Positions 6,689 through 16,112 of a stretch of 32,000 nt of DNA are shown one piece after another. The DNA is from Candidatus Contendobacter sp. (GTDB taxonomy: Bacteria; Pseudomonadota; Gammaproteobacteria; Competibacterales; Competibacteraceae). The stretch is from NCBI GenBank assembly GCA_029624675.1, contig JARSSP010000061.1, positions 29,658 to 61,657 on the forward strand, given 5' to 3'. Position numbers and translations under genes: made by a program. Positions within the stretch are counted from its first letter, which is position 1. Each line of letters starts with the position of its first letter. The notes beneath the pieces were generated by a model. That model saw only the letters and a program-made list of their open reading frames with translations. It had not been told where the DNA came from and searched no databases.

Positions 6689-9427
6689 ATGACCGCACCC
6701 AAACCGCTGTTGCTGGTGGATGGTTCCTCCTGGCTGCACCGAGCTTTCAACGCGCTGCCGGCGCTGAGCACGAAAGCCGGCGAACCGACCGGTGCTTTGT
6801 ACGGGGTGCTCAACATGCTGCGCCGGCTGTTGGCCGACTATCGGCCGGACTATCTGGCGGTGATATTCGACGCGCCCGGCAAGACCTTCCGCCACGAGGC
6901 ATTCCCAGACTACAAGGCGCATCGGCCACCGCTGGACCCGCAACTGATCCAACAGATCGAACCCTTGCACGCCTGCGTCCGCGCCATGGGCCTGCCACTG
7001 CTGCAAGTGGCCGGGGTCGAGGCGGACGATGTGATCGGCACGTTGACCCGGCAAGCGACGGCCAGAGGCTTGCCGGTGCTGATCGTCAGTGGCGACAAGG
7101 ACTTGACGCAACTGGTGAACGAGCGGGTGCGGATGTTGGACACCATGAAGAACGTGGTGACCGACGTGGCCGGAGTGGAACAGAAATTCGGGGTGCCACC
7201 GGCGTTGATCGTGGATTACTTGGCGCTGGTCGGCGACAGTTCCGACAACATCCCCGGCGTGCCCGGCGTGGGCGCCGTGACTGCCGCCAAGTGGTTGCGC
7301 CAGTACGGTTCGCTGGACAACCTGGTGGCGAATGCCGCCGCCATCTCCGGCAAGATCGGCGAAAAGCTGCGCGCCGGGTTGGAGCAACTGCCGCTGTCCC
7401 GGCAATTGGCAACCCTGGATTGCGCGGTGCAACTGCCAGTCGGATTCGAGGAATTGCGGCCCGCGCCACCCGACACAGCCACGCTGCGGACGCTGTACGA
7501 ACGCTTTGAATTCCGTTCCTGGCTGCGAGATTTACCAGGCGGCGGCCAGGAACCACCGGCGCCGACGTTGGCCACGATACCGACGCAAACCGTTCTCGAT
7601 CTGGTGGAACCCTCAAACCAACCCACACATTACCAACTGGTGGTGGATCAAGCCGCGCTCGATGACTGGCTGGAACGGCTGCGGACGGCGGAACTGTTCG
7701 CTTTCGATACCGAAACCACCAGCCTGAATTACCTGGACGCCCGCATCGTCGGTGTGTCCTTCGCGGTGACTCCGCGCGAGGCGGCTTATGTGCCGCTGGC
7801 GCACGACTATCCCGGCGCCCCGGATCAGTTGAACCGGGAGCGCGTTCTGGAACAATTGCGTCCGCTGCTGGAGGACAAGAATCGAGCCAAGCTGGGCCAG
7901 CACCTCAAATACGACGCGCATGTGCTAGCCAATCATGGCATTGCCCTGTGCGGCATCCGACACGACACCCTGCTGGAATCTTACGTGCTGGATTCCACGG
8001 CCCGGCACGACATGGATTCGCTGGCGGAGCGGCACCTGAAGCTGCGCACCATCCATTACGAGGACGTGGCCGGCAAGGGCGCAAAACAACTGACGTTCAA
8101 CCAGGTGGCGCTGGAGCAGGCCGGCCCCTACGCCGCCGAGGACGCCGACGTCACCTTGCGCCTGCATCGCTGCCTGTGGCCGCGACTGGAACGGGAATCG
8201 AGCTTGCGGCGGCTGTATGAAGAACTGGAAATTCCGCTGATTCCGGTGTTGGGGCGAATGGAGCGAACCGGGGTACGGGTGGATGCCGCGGCGTTGCGCC
8301 AGCACAGCGGGGAACTGGCCAAACGGCTGTGGGAACTGGAGCAGCAGGCTTACGATCTCGCTGGCGAGCGGTTTAACCTGGGTTCGCCCAAGCAATTGCA
8401 GGCGATTCTGTTCGAGCGGATGGGGTTGCCGGCGGGCAAGAAGACCGCCACTGGCCAATCCTCCACCGCCGAGGACGTGTTGCAGGAACTGGCGTTGGCC
8501 TATCCGTTACCCAAGGTCATTCTGGAACATCGGACCTTGAGCAAGCTGAAATCCACTTACACCGACCGACTGCCCGCGCAAATCCATCCACGCACCGGGC
8601 GAGTCCACACCTCCTATCATCAGGCCGTGGCCAGCACCGGCCGGCTGTCGTCCTCCGATCCCAACTTGCAGAACATCCCGATCCGCACGCCGGAAGGACG
8701 GCGCATCCGCCAGGCGTTCGTGCCCGAGCCGGGTTGGGTGATGCTGGCGGCGGACTATTCGCAAATCGAACTGCGGATCATGGCCCATCTATCCGGCGAC
8801 GAGGGCTTGCTGCGGGCTTTCGCCACCGGCGCCGACGTGCATCGCGCCACCGCCGCCGAAGTGTTCGGGGTCTCGCTGGAGAACGTCAGCGCCGAACAGC
8901 GACGCAGCGCCAAGGCCATCAATTTCGGGCTGATTTACGGCATGTCAGCGTTCGGGCTGGCCCAGCAATTGGGCATCGAACGCGGCGCGGCCAAGGATTA
9001 CGTGGATCGCTATTTCACCCGCTATCCGGGCGTCAAGGCGTACATGGAGGACACCCGCCGCCAAGCCGCCGAGCGGGGTTACGTGGAAACGGTGTTCGGC
9101 CGCCGGCTGTATCTGTCGGACATCCGCGCCCGCAACCCACAGCTTCGGCAAGCGGCGGAGCGGGCGGCCATCAACGCGCCGATGCAGGGCACCGCCGCCG
9201 ACATCATCAAGCGGGCCATGCTGGCGGTGGATCGTTGGCTGCAAGCCTCCGCTTTCCCGGCGCGGATGCTGATGCAGGTTCACGACGAACTGGTGTTTGA
9301 AGTGGCGGGGAACGCCGTGACCGAGGCCGGTGAGCGCATCCGGGCGGCGATGGTCGCGGCGGCGGAATTGCGCGTGCCGCTGGAAGTGGATGTCGGGGTG
9401 GGCACGAATTGGGATGAGGCGCATTGA
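6689..9427 (+). CDS. polA: DNA polymerase I
   Basis: 912 aa. 5'-3' exonuclease N-terminus (LLLVDGSSWLHRAF, GDSSDNIPGVPGVG). 3'-5' exonuclease segment (FAFDTETTSL). Polymerase motifs DYSQIELRIMAH, RRSAKAINFGLIYG and QVHDELVFE. Confidence 0.97.
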   Translation: MTAPKPLLLVDGSSWLHRAFNALPALSTKAGEPTGALYGVLNMLRRLLADYRPDYLAVIFDAPGKTFRHEAFPDYKAHRPPLDPQLIQQIEPLHACVRAMGLPLLQVAGVEADDVIGTLTRQATARGLPVLIVSGDKDLTQLVNERVRMLDTMKNVVTDVAGVEQKFGVPPALIVDYLALVGDSSDNIPGVPGVGAVTAAKWLRQYGSLDNLVANAAAISGKIGEKLRAGLEQLPLSRQLATLDCAVQLPVGFEELRPAPPDTATLRTLYERFEFRSWLRDLPGGGQEPPAPTLATIPTQTVLDLVEPSNQPTHYQLVVDQAALDDWLERLRTAELFAFDTETTSLNYLDARIVGVSFAVTPREAAYVPLAHDYPGAPDQLNRERVLEQLRPLLEDKNRAKLGQHLKYDAHVLANHGIALCGIRHDTLLESYVLDSTARHDMDSLAERHLKLRTIHYEDVAGKGAKQLTFNQVALEQAGPYAAEDADVTLRLHRCLWPRLERESSLRRLYEELEIPLIPVLGRMERTGVRVDAAALRQHSGELAKRLWELEQQAYDLAGERFNLGSPKQLQAILFERMGLPAGKKTATGQSSTAEDVLQELALAYPLPKVILEHRTLSKLKSTYTDRLPAQIHPRTGRVHTSYHQAVASTGRLSSSDPNLQNIPIRTPEGRRIRQAFVPEPGWVMLAADYSQIELRIMAHLSGDEGLLRAFATGADVHRATAAEVFGVSLENVSAEQRRSAKAINFGLIYGMSAFGLAQQLGIERGAAKDYVDRYFTRYPGVKAYMEDTRRQAAERGYVETVFGRRLYLSDIRARNPQLRQAAERAAINAPMQGTAADIIKRAMLAVDRWLQASAFPARMLMQVHDELVFEVAGNAVTEAGERIRAAMVAAAELRVPLEVDVGVGTNWDEAH

Positions 9428-9447
9428 ATGAGGCTGGTCGTCACTCA

Positions 9448-11145
9448 ATGACCAAAAATCCAAAACTCGAACTCACCTGGATCGGCAAGGAGAACCGGCC
9501 ACGGTTGGAGCCGCGCATTCTGCTGGAAGACCCGGAGAAGTCGTATCACGCTAAGCATCGGGTCAAGAATGGTCCGCAGATTACACAGATTTACACAGAT
9601 TCTGTTTTAAGAAATTCACATGAATCTGCGAAATCTGCGGATAAATTGCCTGCGGATGAAATCGGGGATATCTTCGACAACCGGCTGATCTTCGGCGACA
9701 ACCTGCTGGCGTTGAAGGCGCTGGAAGCGGAGTTCGCGGGCAAGGTGAAGTGCGTATTCATCGACCCGCCGTACAACACCGGCAGCGCGTTCACGCATTA
9801 CGACGATGGCTTGGAGCATTCGATTTGGTTGTCGCTGATGCGGGATCGGCTAGAGATTATTCGGCGCTTGTTGTCGGAGGATGGTTCGCTGTGGATCACG
9901 ATTGACGACAACGAAGCGCATTATCTGAAGGTGTTGTGCGATGAGGTGTTTGGGCGGGGGAATTTTATTGCATCAATTATTTGGCGAAAGAACTACGCAC
10001 CGAAATCCAGTGCCAAACATTTTTCCGTAGATCATGACTACATACTTGTTTTTGCAAAAGAAGGCGATGCTTGGCACCCTAATCCTTTGCCCCGCTCTGA
10101 TAAGCAAGATAAAGCATATAAAAATCCAGATAATGATCCTCGTGGATTATGGCGTCCTAACAATCTTGCAGCTAGAAACTTCTATAGCAAGGGTACTTAT
10201 TCGATTAAATGCCCTAGTGGTCGGGTTATCGAAGGACCTCCAGCGGGCTCCTATTGGCGCATCTCGGAAGACAAATTTTGGGATATGGATCGTGAGGGAA
10301 GAATCTGGTGGGGAAAGAATGGCAATAATGTTCCAGCGCCCAAAATCTATCTGAGTGAAGTGAAACAAGGAGTCGTTCCACAAACTTATTGGGACTATGT
10401 AGAAGTAGGTCACACGCAAGACGCCAAGAAGGAAATCGTTTCTCTGTTTGGGGAAGATGTTTTTGGGACGCCAAAGCCGGAGAAATTATTAAAGCGTGTA
10501 CTTGAAATCGCCACCAACCCCAACGACCTCATCCTCGACTCCTTCGCCGGTTCCGGCACCACCGGCGCTGTCGCCCACAAGATGGGCCGGCGCTGGATCA
10601 TGGTCGAACTGGGCGAGCACTGCCATACCCACATCATCCCGCGCCTGAAGAAAGTCATCGACGGCGAAGACCCCGGCGGCATCACCAAGGCCGTGAACTG
10701 GCCGGGCGGCGGCGGCTTCCGCTACTACCGACTCGCACCCTCGCTGTTGGAACGGGACAAGTGGGGCAACTGGGTCATCAACAAGGACTACAACGCCGCG
10801 ATGCTGGCCGAGGCGCTGTGCAAGCTGGAAGGCTTCACCTACGCGCCGTCGGATTCGGTGTACTGGCAGCACGGCCATTCCACCGAACGCGATTTCCTCT
10901 ACGTCACCACCGCCGCGCTGAATCACGAACAACTCCAGCAACTCTCCGACGAAGTCGGGCCGGAACGCACGCTGCTGGTGTTGTGTCCCGCCTTCCGTGG
11001 GCACGACGAATACCCCAACCTGACCGTCAAGAAAATTCCCAAACAGGTTTTGAACCGCTGCGAATGGGGCCACGACGACTACAGCCTGCGGGTGGAGAAT
11101 CTGCCGCAAAAACCGCCTGAGCCGGGGCAGCAGGACTTATTTTGA
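9448..11145 (+). CDS. mod: Type III restriction-modification DNA methyltransferase (Mod subunit, N6-adenine type)
   Basis: N-terminus KLELTWIGKENRPRLEPRILLED, catalytic FIDPPYNTG and AdoMet-binding DSFAGSGTTG in the order typical of Type III Mod (beta-class). ATG 9448 is preferred. TTG 9424, which overlaps the polA stop as TTGA, is an alternative start. Confidence 0.9.
   Translation: MTKNPKLELTWIGKENRPRLEPRILLEDPEKSYHAKHRVKNGPQITQIYTDSVLRNSHESAKSADKLPADEIGDIFDNRLIFGDNLLALKALEAEFAGKVKCVFIDPPYNTGSAFTHYDDGLEHSIWLSLMRDRLEIIRRLLSEDGSLWITIDDNEAHYLKVLCDEVFGRGNFIASIIWRKNYAPKSSAKHFSVDHDYILVFAKEGDAWHPNPLPRSDKQDKAYKNPDNDPRGLWRPNNLAARNFYSKGTYSIKCPSGRVIEGPPAGSYWRISEDKFWDMDREGRIWWGKNGNNVPAPKIYLSEVKQGVVPQTYWDYVEVGHTQDAKKEIVSLFGEDVFGTPKPEKLLKRVLEIATNPNDLILDSFAGSGTTGAVAHKMGRRWIMVELGEHCHTHIIPRLKKVIDGEDPGGITKAVNWPGGGGFRYYRLAPSLLERDKWGNWVINKDYNAAMLAEALCKLEGFTYAPSDSVYWQHGHSTERDFLYVTTAALNHEQLQQLSDEVGPERTLLVLCPAFRGHDEYPNLTVKKIPKQVLNRCEWGHDDYSLRVENLPQKPPEPGQQDLF
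9573..9641. repeat. Imperfect palindromic AATCTGYG-family repeat element lying in-frame inside mod
   Basis: Left arm TCCGCAGATT-ACACAGATT-TACACAGATTC (9573-9602). AT-rich loop of 19 nt. Right arm GAATCTGCG-AAATCTGCGGA (9622-9641). The outer 10 bp pair perfectly. The element translates as ...PQITQIYTDSVLRNSHESAKSADK. Confidence 0.7.
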
Positions 11146-11147
11146 AA

Positions 11148-11217
11148 TCCGCAGATTACGCAGATTTCCGCAGATTCAATCCAAAAATAATCTGTGCAAA
11201 TCTGCGTAATCTGCGGA
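11148..11217. repeat. 29-bp-arm inverted repeat (AATCTGYG-family element) between the mod stop and the GxxExxY gene
   Basis: The left arm TCCGCAGATTACGCAGATTTCCGCAGATT (11148-11176) pairs with the right arm AATCTGTGCAAATCTGCGTAATCTGCGGA (11189-11217) at 27 of 29 positions. The loop is 12 nt (CAATCCAAAAAT). No T-run follows, so it is not a classical intrinsic terminator. Confidence 0.8.
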
Positions 11218-11230
11218 CGGAGGATTCAAA

Positions 11231-11647
11231 ATGAACAGAGACGAGCAAACCTACGCGATCATCGGAGCAGCGATGACGGTACACCGGGAACTCGGACACG
11301 GTTTCCTGGAGGCGGTTTATCAAGAGGCGCTCGCGCTGGAATTTGCCAGTCAAGGAATACCGTTCGCACGCGAAGTCGAGCTACCGGTGCAATACCGTGG
11401 GCAACGCCTCAAAACCGGCTACCGTGCCGATTTCCTCTGCTTTGATGAGATCATCGTCGAGTTGAAAGCACTGGACCGACTCACGACCCGTGAGGAAGCT
11501 CAACTCATCAACTATCTGAAAGCCAGCGGAAAAGAACGCGGGTTGCTTCTGAACTTTGGTGCTCGCAGTCTTGAGCAAAAGCGTATGATCTTTTCAAAAA
11601 ATCTGCGGGAATCTGTGCAATCTGCGGATTCCGGACAAAGATCGTGA
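11231..11647 (+). CDS. GxxExxY protein (PD-(D/E)XK nuclease-fold family)
   Basis: Signature GFLEAVY inside [19 protein letters not shown]-ExK-like segment [17 protein letters not shown]. The C-terminal tail ([17 protein letters not shown]) is simply the translation of the downstream repeat arm. The stop overlaps the res GTG start (GTGA at 11644-11647). Confidence 0.85.
   Translation: MNRDEQTYAIIGAAMTVHRELGHGFLEAVYQEALALEFASQGIPFAREVELPVQYRGQRLKTGYRADFLCFDEIIVELKALDRLTTREEAQLINYLKASGKERGLLLNFGARSLEQKRMIFSKNLRESVQSADSGQRS
11600..11628. repeat. Half element (right-arm type) of the AATCTGYG repeat family, downstream of the GxxExxY domain
   Basis: AATCTGCGGGAATCTGTGCAATCTGCGGA has the same orientation and three-unit structure as the arm at 11189-11217. 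The two arms therefore bracket the GxxExxY coding region as direct repeats. Confidence 0.7.
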
Positions 11648-14328
11648 ACCGCCACGTCAACGCTATTGCCGGCCGCCTCTCGCTGCGTCCGCCCCAGCGC
11701 CGCTCGCTGGAAATTCTCGACCGCATCACGGAAATCGCGCCGCCCGGCAAAGGCGCCGATACCGCCGCTGTGCTGGAGGTGATTCGCAGCGAGTTCCCGT
11801 CAGTCACGGATTTCGAGCGCGAGTTTCCGTCGCTGTGCTTCGCGCTCGCCACCGGCGTGGGCAAGACGCGGCTGATGGGAGCCTTCATCAGCTATCTGCA
11901 CCTGGCGCACGGCATCAACAACTTCTTCGTGCTGGCGCCCAACCTGACCATCTACAACAAGCTGATCGCCGACTTCACGCCCAACACGCCGAAGTACGTG
12001 TTCCGGGGCATCGCGGAGTTCGCCGCCGACCCGCCGGAGATCATCACCGGCGACACCTACGAAGCCAAGGCCGGCTCGCTGTTCGACGCGCTGATCCGCT
12101 GCAAGGTCAACATCTTCAACATCTCCAAGATCAACTCCGAAGTGCGCGGCGGCAAGTCGCCTCGCATCAAGCGGCTGTCGGAGTATATCGGCGAGAGCTA
12201 TTTCGATTACCTGGCCGGCTTGCCCGATCTGGTACTGCTGATGGACGAATCGCACCGCTACCGGGCCAGCGCCGGGGTGCGGGCGATCAACGAACTCAAA
12301 CCGATCCTGGGGCTGGAACTGACCGCCACGCCGTTCGTGGAAACCGGCAAGGGCGCGGTGGCGTTCAACAACGTCATCTACGACTATCCGCTCGGCAAGG
12401 CGATGGCCGACGGCTTCGTCAAGGAACCGGCGGTGGTCACCCGCAAGAACTTCAACCCGGCCGGCATGTCGCCGGAAGAAATCGAGCGGCTGAAGCTGGA
12501 AGACGGCGTGCGCCTGCATGAAAGCGTGAAGGTGGAACTGGAAACCTACGCCCGCGAGAGCGACAACCCCATCGTCAAACCCTTCCTGCTGGTGATCGCC
12601 CGCGACACGACTCACGCCGGGCAGTTGTTGGCGCTGATCCAGTCCGACGGATTCTTTGAGGGCCGCTACCGGGGCAAGGCCATCCAGGTGGATTCCAGCA
12701 AGACCGGCGCGGAGGAAGAGGAGATGATCGCGCGCCTGCTCAAGGTCGAGCACAGCGAAGAGCCGACCGAGATCGTCATTCACGTCAACATGCTCAAGGA
12801 AGGCTGGGACGTGACCAACCTCTACACCATCGTCCCCCTGCGCGCGGCCAACGCGCGCACGCTCATCGAACAGTCCATCGGTCGCGGTCTCCGCCTGCCC
12901 TACGGCAAACGCACCGGCATGGCCGCCGTGGACCGATTGAACATCGTCGCTCACGACAGGTTCCAGGATATCATCGACGAGGCCAACCGGCCGGATTCCG
13001 CTATTCGGTTACAGGCCGTGGTACTGGATATCGACCAGTTCGGCCAAAAGACGGCGACGGTCGTGGCGCAATCGCAGCTCGCCACCCAACTGGGGATCAC
13101 GCCCGCGCAAGTGACCGGTAGCACCACGTTGGCCGGACAGGATGAAGCGCCCGCGTTCACCCAGCCGGAAGCGCAGAAGCTGGCGCGGATCGCCTACGAG
13201 GTCATCCAGCAGTTCGAAAACCAGCCACAAGTCGTGCCGACCATCGAACATCTCAAGCAGCCGGAAATCCAGGCCGCCATCGTCAAGGCGGTCGAGGAAC
13301 GACGCGCGCCCGCGCAGGGAGAACTGGACGGTGTGACCGAAAATCCGGATATCGCCGCTGTGGTCGCCAAAACGGTGGATCTGGTCGCGCGCCAGACCAT
13401 CGCCATCCCGCGCATTCTCGTCGTGCCCAAAGGCGAGGTGAGATCGGGCTTCAAACCCTTCATGCTCGAACTGGACACGCTGAAATACCCGGCGGTTTCC
13501 GACGAGTTGTGGATTCAGCACCTGCGCACCCACCAGCTTGAGATCGTGGCGCTGGGCCGTGGCGGTATCGAAGAGGCGCGGCTGGAGGATTACATCGTCG
13601 GCGGGCTGGTGGATTTCGACGACATCTGCTACGACGACCACGCCGATCTGCTCTACGACCTGGCGACGCAGACGGTACGGCATTTTCGCGGCTACCTCTC
13701 CGACGACGACGCGCGCAAGGTACTGCGCTGCTACCAGCGCCCCATCGTCCGATTCATCCATGCCCAGATGCAGACCCACTATTGGGAAGACGCGACTGGC
13801 CACGAAGTGAAGATCAGCAAGGGTTTCACCGAGTTGAAGCCGAGCGCCTATACCTGTGCCGCGCAAGAGCCGCCCGCGGATTACCGGCTCGCGCCGGCGG
13901 ACAAGAGCAACATGGCGAAATACCTGTTCGGTGGTTTCCAGCGCTGCCTTTACCCGGTGCAGAAATTCGATTCCGACGCCGAGCGCAAACTCGCGGTCAT
14001 TCTGGAACGCGAAGCCCTCAAGTGGTTCCGGCCGGCCAAGGGCCAGTTCCAGATCTTCTACCGGCAGGCGGGGAATTACCTGGAATACCAGCCGGATTTC
14101 GTTGCCGAGAGCATCGACGCTATCTTCATGCTTGAACCCAAGGCTAGCAATCAAATGGAGGACCCGATCGTTCGGGCAAAGCAGGAATCGGCGCTCCAAT
14201 GGTGCGCGAACGCCTCCAATCATGCGGCGACCCATGGCGGCAAGCCGTGGCGCTACCTGCTGATTCCGCACGATGCGATTGCGGAAAATCACACCCTTGC
14301 CGGTTTGGCGGCGCGGTTTGGAAGATAA
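11644..14328 (+). CDS. res: Type III restriction enzyme Res subunit (SF2 helicase-like ATPase plus C-terminal PD-(D/E)XK endonuclease)
   Basis: Motif [12 protein letters not shown]. Motif [11 protein letters not shown]. Motif [19 protein letters not shown]. Motif [13 protein letters not shown]-terminal YQPDFVAES...MLEPKAS endonuclease motif. GTG 11644 is the first possible start after the in-frame stop at 11572-11574. Confidence 0.9.
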   Translation: MNRHVNAIAGRLSLRPPQRRSLEILDRITEIAPPGKGADTAAVLEVIRSEFPSVTDFEREFPSLCFALATGVGKTRLMGAFISYLHLAHGINNFFVLAPNLTIYNKLIADFTPNTPKYVFRGIAEFAADPPEIITGDTYEAKAGSLFDALIRCKVNIFNISKINSEVRGGKSPRIKRLSEYIGESYFDYLAGLPDLVLLMDESHRYRASAGVRAINELKPILGLELTATPFVETGKGAVAFNNVIYDYPLGKAMADGFVKEPAVVTRKNFNPAGMSPEEIERLKLEDGVRLHESVKVELETYARESDNPIVKPFLLVIARDTTHAGQLLALIQSDGFFEGRYRGKAIQVDSSKTGAEEEEMIARLLKVEHSEEPTEIVIHVNMLKEGWDVTNLYTIVPLRAANARTLIEQSIGRGLRLPYGKRTGMAAVDRLNIVAHDRFQDIIDEANRPDSAIRLQAVVLDIDQFGQKTATVVAQSQLATQLGITPAQVTGSTTLAGQDEAPAFTQPEAQKLARIAYEVIQQFENQPQVVPTIEHLKQPEIQAAIVKAVEERRAPAQGELDGVTENPDIAAVVAKTVDLVARQTIAIPRILVVPKGEVRSGFKPFMLELDTLKYPAVSDELWIQHLRTHQLEIVALGRGGIEEARLEDYIVGGLVDFDDICYDDHADLLYDLATQTVRHFRGYLSDDDARKVLRCYQRPIVRFIHAQMQTHYWEDATGHEVKISKGFTELKPSAYTCAAQEPPADYRLAPADKSNMAKYLFGGFQRCLYPVQKFDSDAERKLAVILEREALKWFRPAKGQFQIFYRQAGNYLEYQPDFVAESIDAIFMLEPKASNQMEDPIVRAKQESALQWCANASNHAATHGGKPWRYLLIPHDAIAENHTLAGLAARFGR

Positions 14329-14347
14329 CCGCGCACTGTCGGCATCC

Positions 14348-14376
14348 TTGGAAGCATAGTCTCAAGCATGGAATAT
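14348..14376 (+). promoter_or_regulatory. Possible sigma70-type promoter for the DUF262 gene
   Basis: TTGGAA (14348-14353), 17-nt spacer, GAATAT (14371-14376). It would leave only a very short leader before ATG 14391, and no clear SD is present, so support is weak. Confidence 0.25.
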
Positions 14377-14390
14377 CGGGACACTGACTT

Positions 14391-16112
14391 ATGTCCGCAA
14401 CCAACTTCAATACCAAGAACGACACCTACCGCAAGTTGATGGGTAACGGTCTGACCTATCGTATTCCTCGCTTTCAGCGCGACTACAGTTGGGGTGAGGA
14501 AGAATGGGATGACCTTTGGCAGGACATTCTCGGCACCATCGCGGAAGGCGGCGAACCCGCGCATTACATGGGCTACCTGGTCCTGCAATCGGCGGATGAC
14601 CGAGTTTTCGACGTCATCAACGGTCAGCAGCGGCTCACCACCCTCAGCATCATCGTGCTGGCGGCGCTCAAGAACCTGCGACGCCTGATTGACGAAGGCA
14701 AAGATCCGGACCGGACACGCCAGCGACTTGATCAGCTTCGCCAAACCTACATCGGTTATCTCGACCCCGTCACCCTGGTACCCCGGTCCAAGCTGACTCT
14801 CAACCGGAATAACGACAACTACTACCAGACCTATCTCGTCCCCTTGGCCGACCATCTGCCGCAGCGCAGAATCCGCGCCTCGGAACATGGCTTGCGCAAA
14901 TCCTTCGAGTGGTTCGACCGGCGCGTTCGCGACTACGTCAAGACCAAGCCATCGGCCGATGTCGGCATGATCATCGCCCAACTCATCGAGAGCATGAGCG
15001 ACCGGTTGTTTTTTACCGTCATCACCGTCACCGACGAACTCAACGCCTACAAGGTGTTCGAGACTCTCAACGCGCGTGGCGTCCGCCTTTCCGCCACCGA
15101 TTTACTGAAGAACTACCTGTTTTCGGTGTTGCACCGGCAACGGGAGAACGAACACGAACTCAGAAGTTTGGAAGATCGTTGGGAAAACATGGTGGGGCGA
15201 CTGGGCAGCGAAAGCCTTCCGGATTTCCTCCGAATGCACTGGAATAGCCGCAACGCCTTCGTGCGTCAGTCCGAGTTGTTCAAGGTCATTCGAGGACAGG
15301 TGGCCACGCGAGAGCAGGTCTTCGAACTGTTGCGCGGCATGGATGAGGACGTGGATCTCTACCTGGCCCTGACCAGTCCGGAGGGTTCACCATGGCCGCC
15401 AGCGTGGCGCGACCATGCCAGCGAACTGCGGATGTTCAGCGTGCGGCAGCCCCTCCCCCTGCTGATGGCCGCCAAGCGTCGCCTGAGCGACCCCGAATTT
15501 GAAACCCTGCTGCGCGCCTGCGTGACGATTTCCTTCCGCTACAACGTCATCGGGGGATTGCATACCGGCGACCAGGAACGGGTCTATCACAGCGTGGCGC
15601 AGCGCATCGCCAACGGCACGCTCACCACATCGGCCAGCGTGTTGGATGCGCTAAAAGGCATTTACCCGGCGGATGATGCCTTCCGCGCCACTTTTGCCGA
15701 TAAATTCATCAAGACCACCGCCAGCCGCAACAAGAAAATCGTGCGCTACATCCTGTTCGCGTTGGAGAAACAGGCTTCCGGTCAGGACTTTGAGTTTGAG
15801 AGCGCCAGCTACAACCTGGAACACATCCTGCCGCAAAATCCCGCGGCCGGATGGGAGGGATTGACCGATGAAGAACTCGATACCTTTGTTTACCGCCTCG
15901 GCAATATGGCGCTGATGGAATCCGGGCCAAACCGCGAGGTTGGCAACGCCGATTACACGGCCAAGAAAGCCGCCTATGCGGTCAGCACGTTCTTATTGAC
16001 TCGCAAGGTGGCTGAAGAAAATGAAGACTGGACACCCTCCCGCATCGAAGCCAGGCAACGGGCGCTGGCGAAAATCGCCACCAGCGTTTGGCGCGTGGCC
16101 CAACTGGCTTGA
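14391..16112 (+). CDS. DUF262/DUF1524 two-domain nuclease (GmrSD-like, candidate modification-dependent Type IV restriction enzyme)
   Basis: N-terminal DUF262 motifs YRIPRFQRDYSW and VINGQQRLTTL (ParB/Srx-like NTPase). C-terminal His-Me finger-like DUF1524 motifs NLEHILPQNP and YRLGNMALMESGPNREVGN. Confidence 0.87.
   Translation: MSATNFNTKNDTYRKLMGNGLTYRIPRFQRDYSWGEEEWDDLWQDILGTIAEGGEPAHYMGYLVLQSADDRVFDVINGQQRLTTLSIIVLAALKNLRRLIDEGKDPDRTRQRLDQLRQTYIGYLDPVTLVPRSKLTLNRNNDNYYQTYLVPLADHLPQRRIRASEHGLRKSFEWFDRRVRDYVKTKPSADVGMIIAQLIESMSDRLFFTVITVTDELNAYKVFETLNARGVRLSATDLLKNYLFSVLHRQRENEHELRSLEDRWENMVGRLGSESLPDFLRMHWNSRNAFVRQSELFKVIRGQVATREQVFELLRGMDEDVDLYLALTSPEGSPWPPAWRDHASELRMFSVRQPLPLLMAAKRRLSDPEFETLLRACVTISFRYNVIGGLHTGDQERVYHSVAQRIANGTLTTSASVLDALKGIYPADDAFRATFADKFIKTTASRNKKIVRYILFALEKQASGQDFEFESASYNLEHILPQNPAAGWEGLTDEELDTFVYRLGNMALMESGPNREVGNADYTAKKAAYAVSTFLLTRKVAEENEDWTPSRIEARQRALAKIATSVWRVAQLA

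Noticed and set aside
9573-11628. Whether the AATCTGCG-type repeats form a CRISPR-like array
   Set aside because: The units are 9-10 nt and directly abutting, arranged as hairpin arms. There are no unique spacers of CRISPR size, only three loci, and no cas genes.
11800-14292. 384-aa and 427-aa minus-strand ORFs (11800-12954 and 13009-14292), plus several + strand out-of-frame ORFs inside res
   Set aside because: They are shadows of the Res coding frame, which carries all the helicase and PD-ExK motifs. The alternative translations are Arg/Gly/Asp-rich and motif-free.
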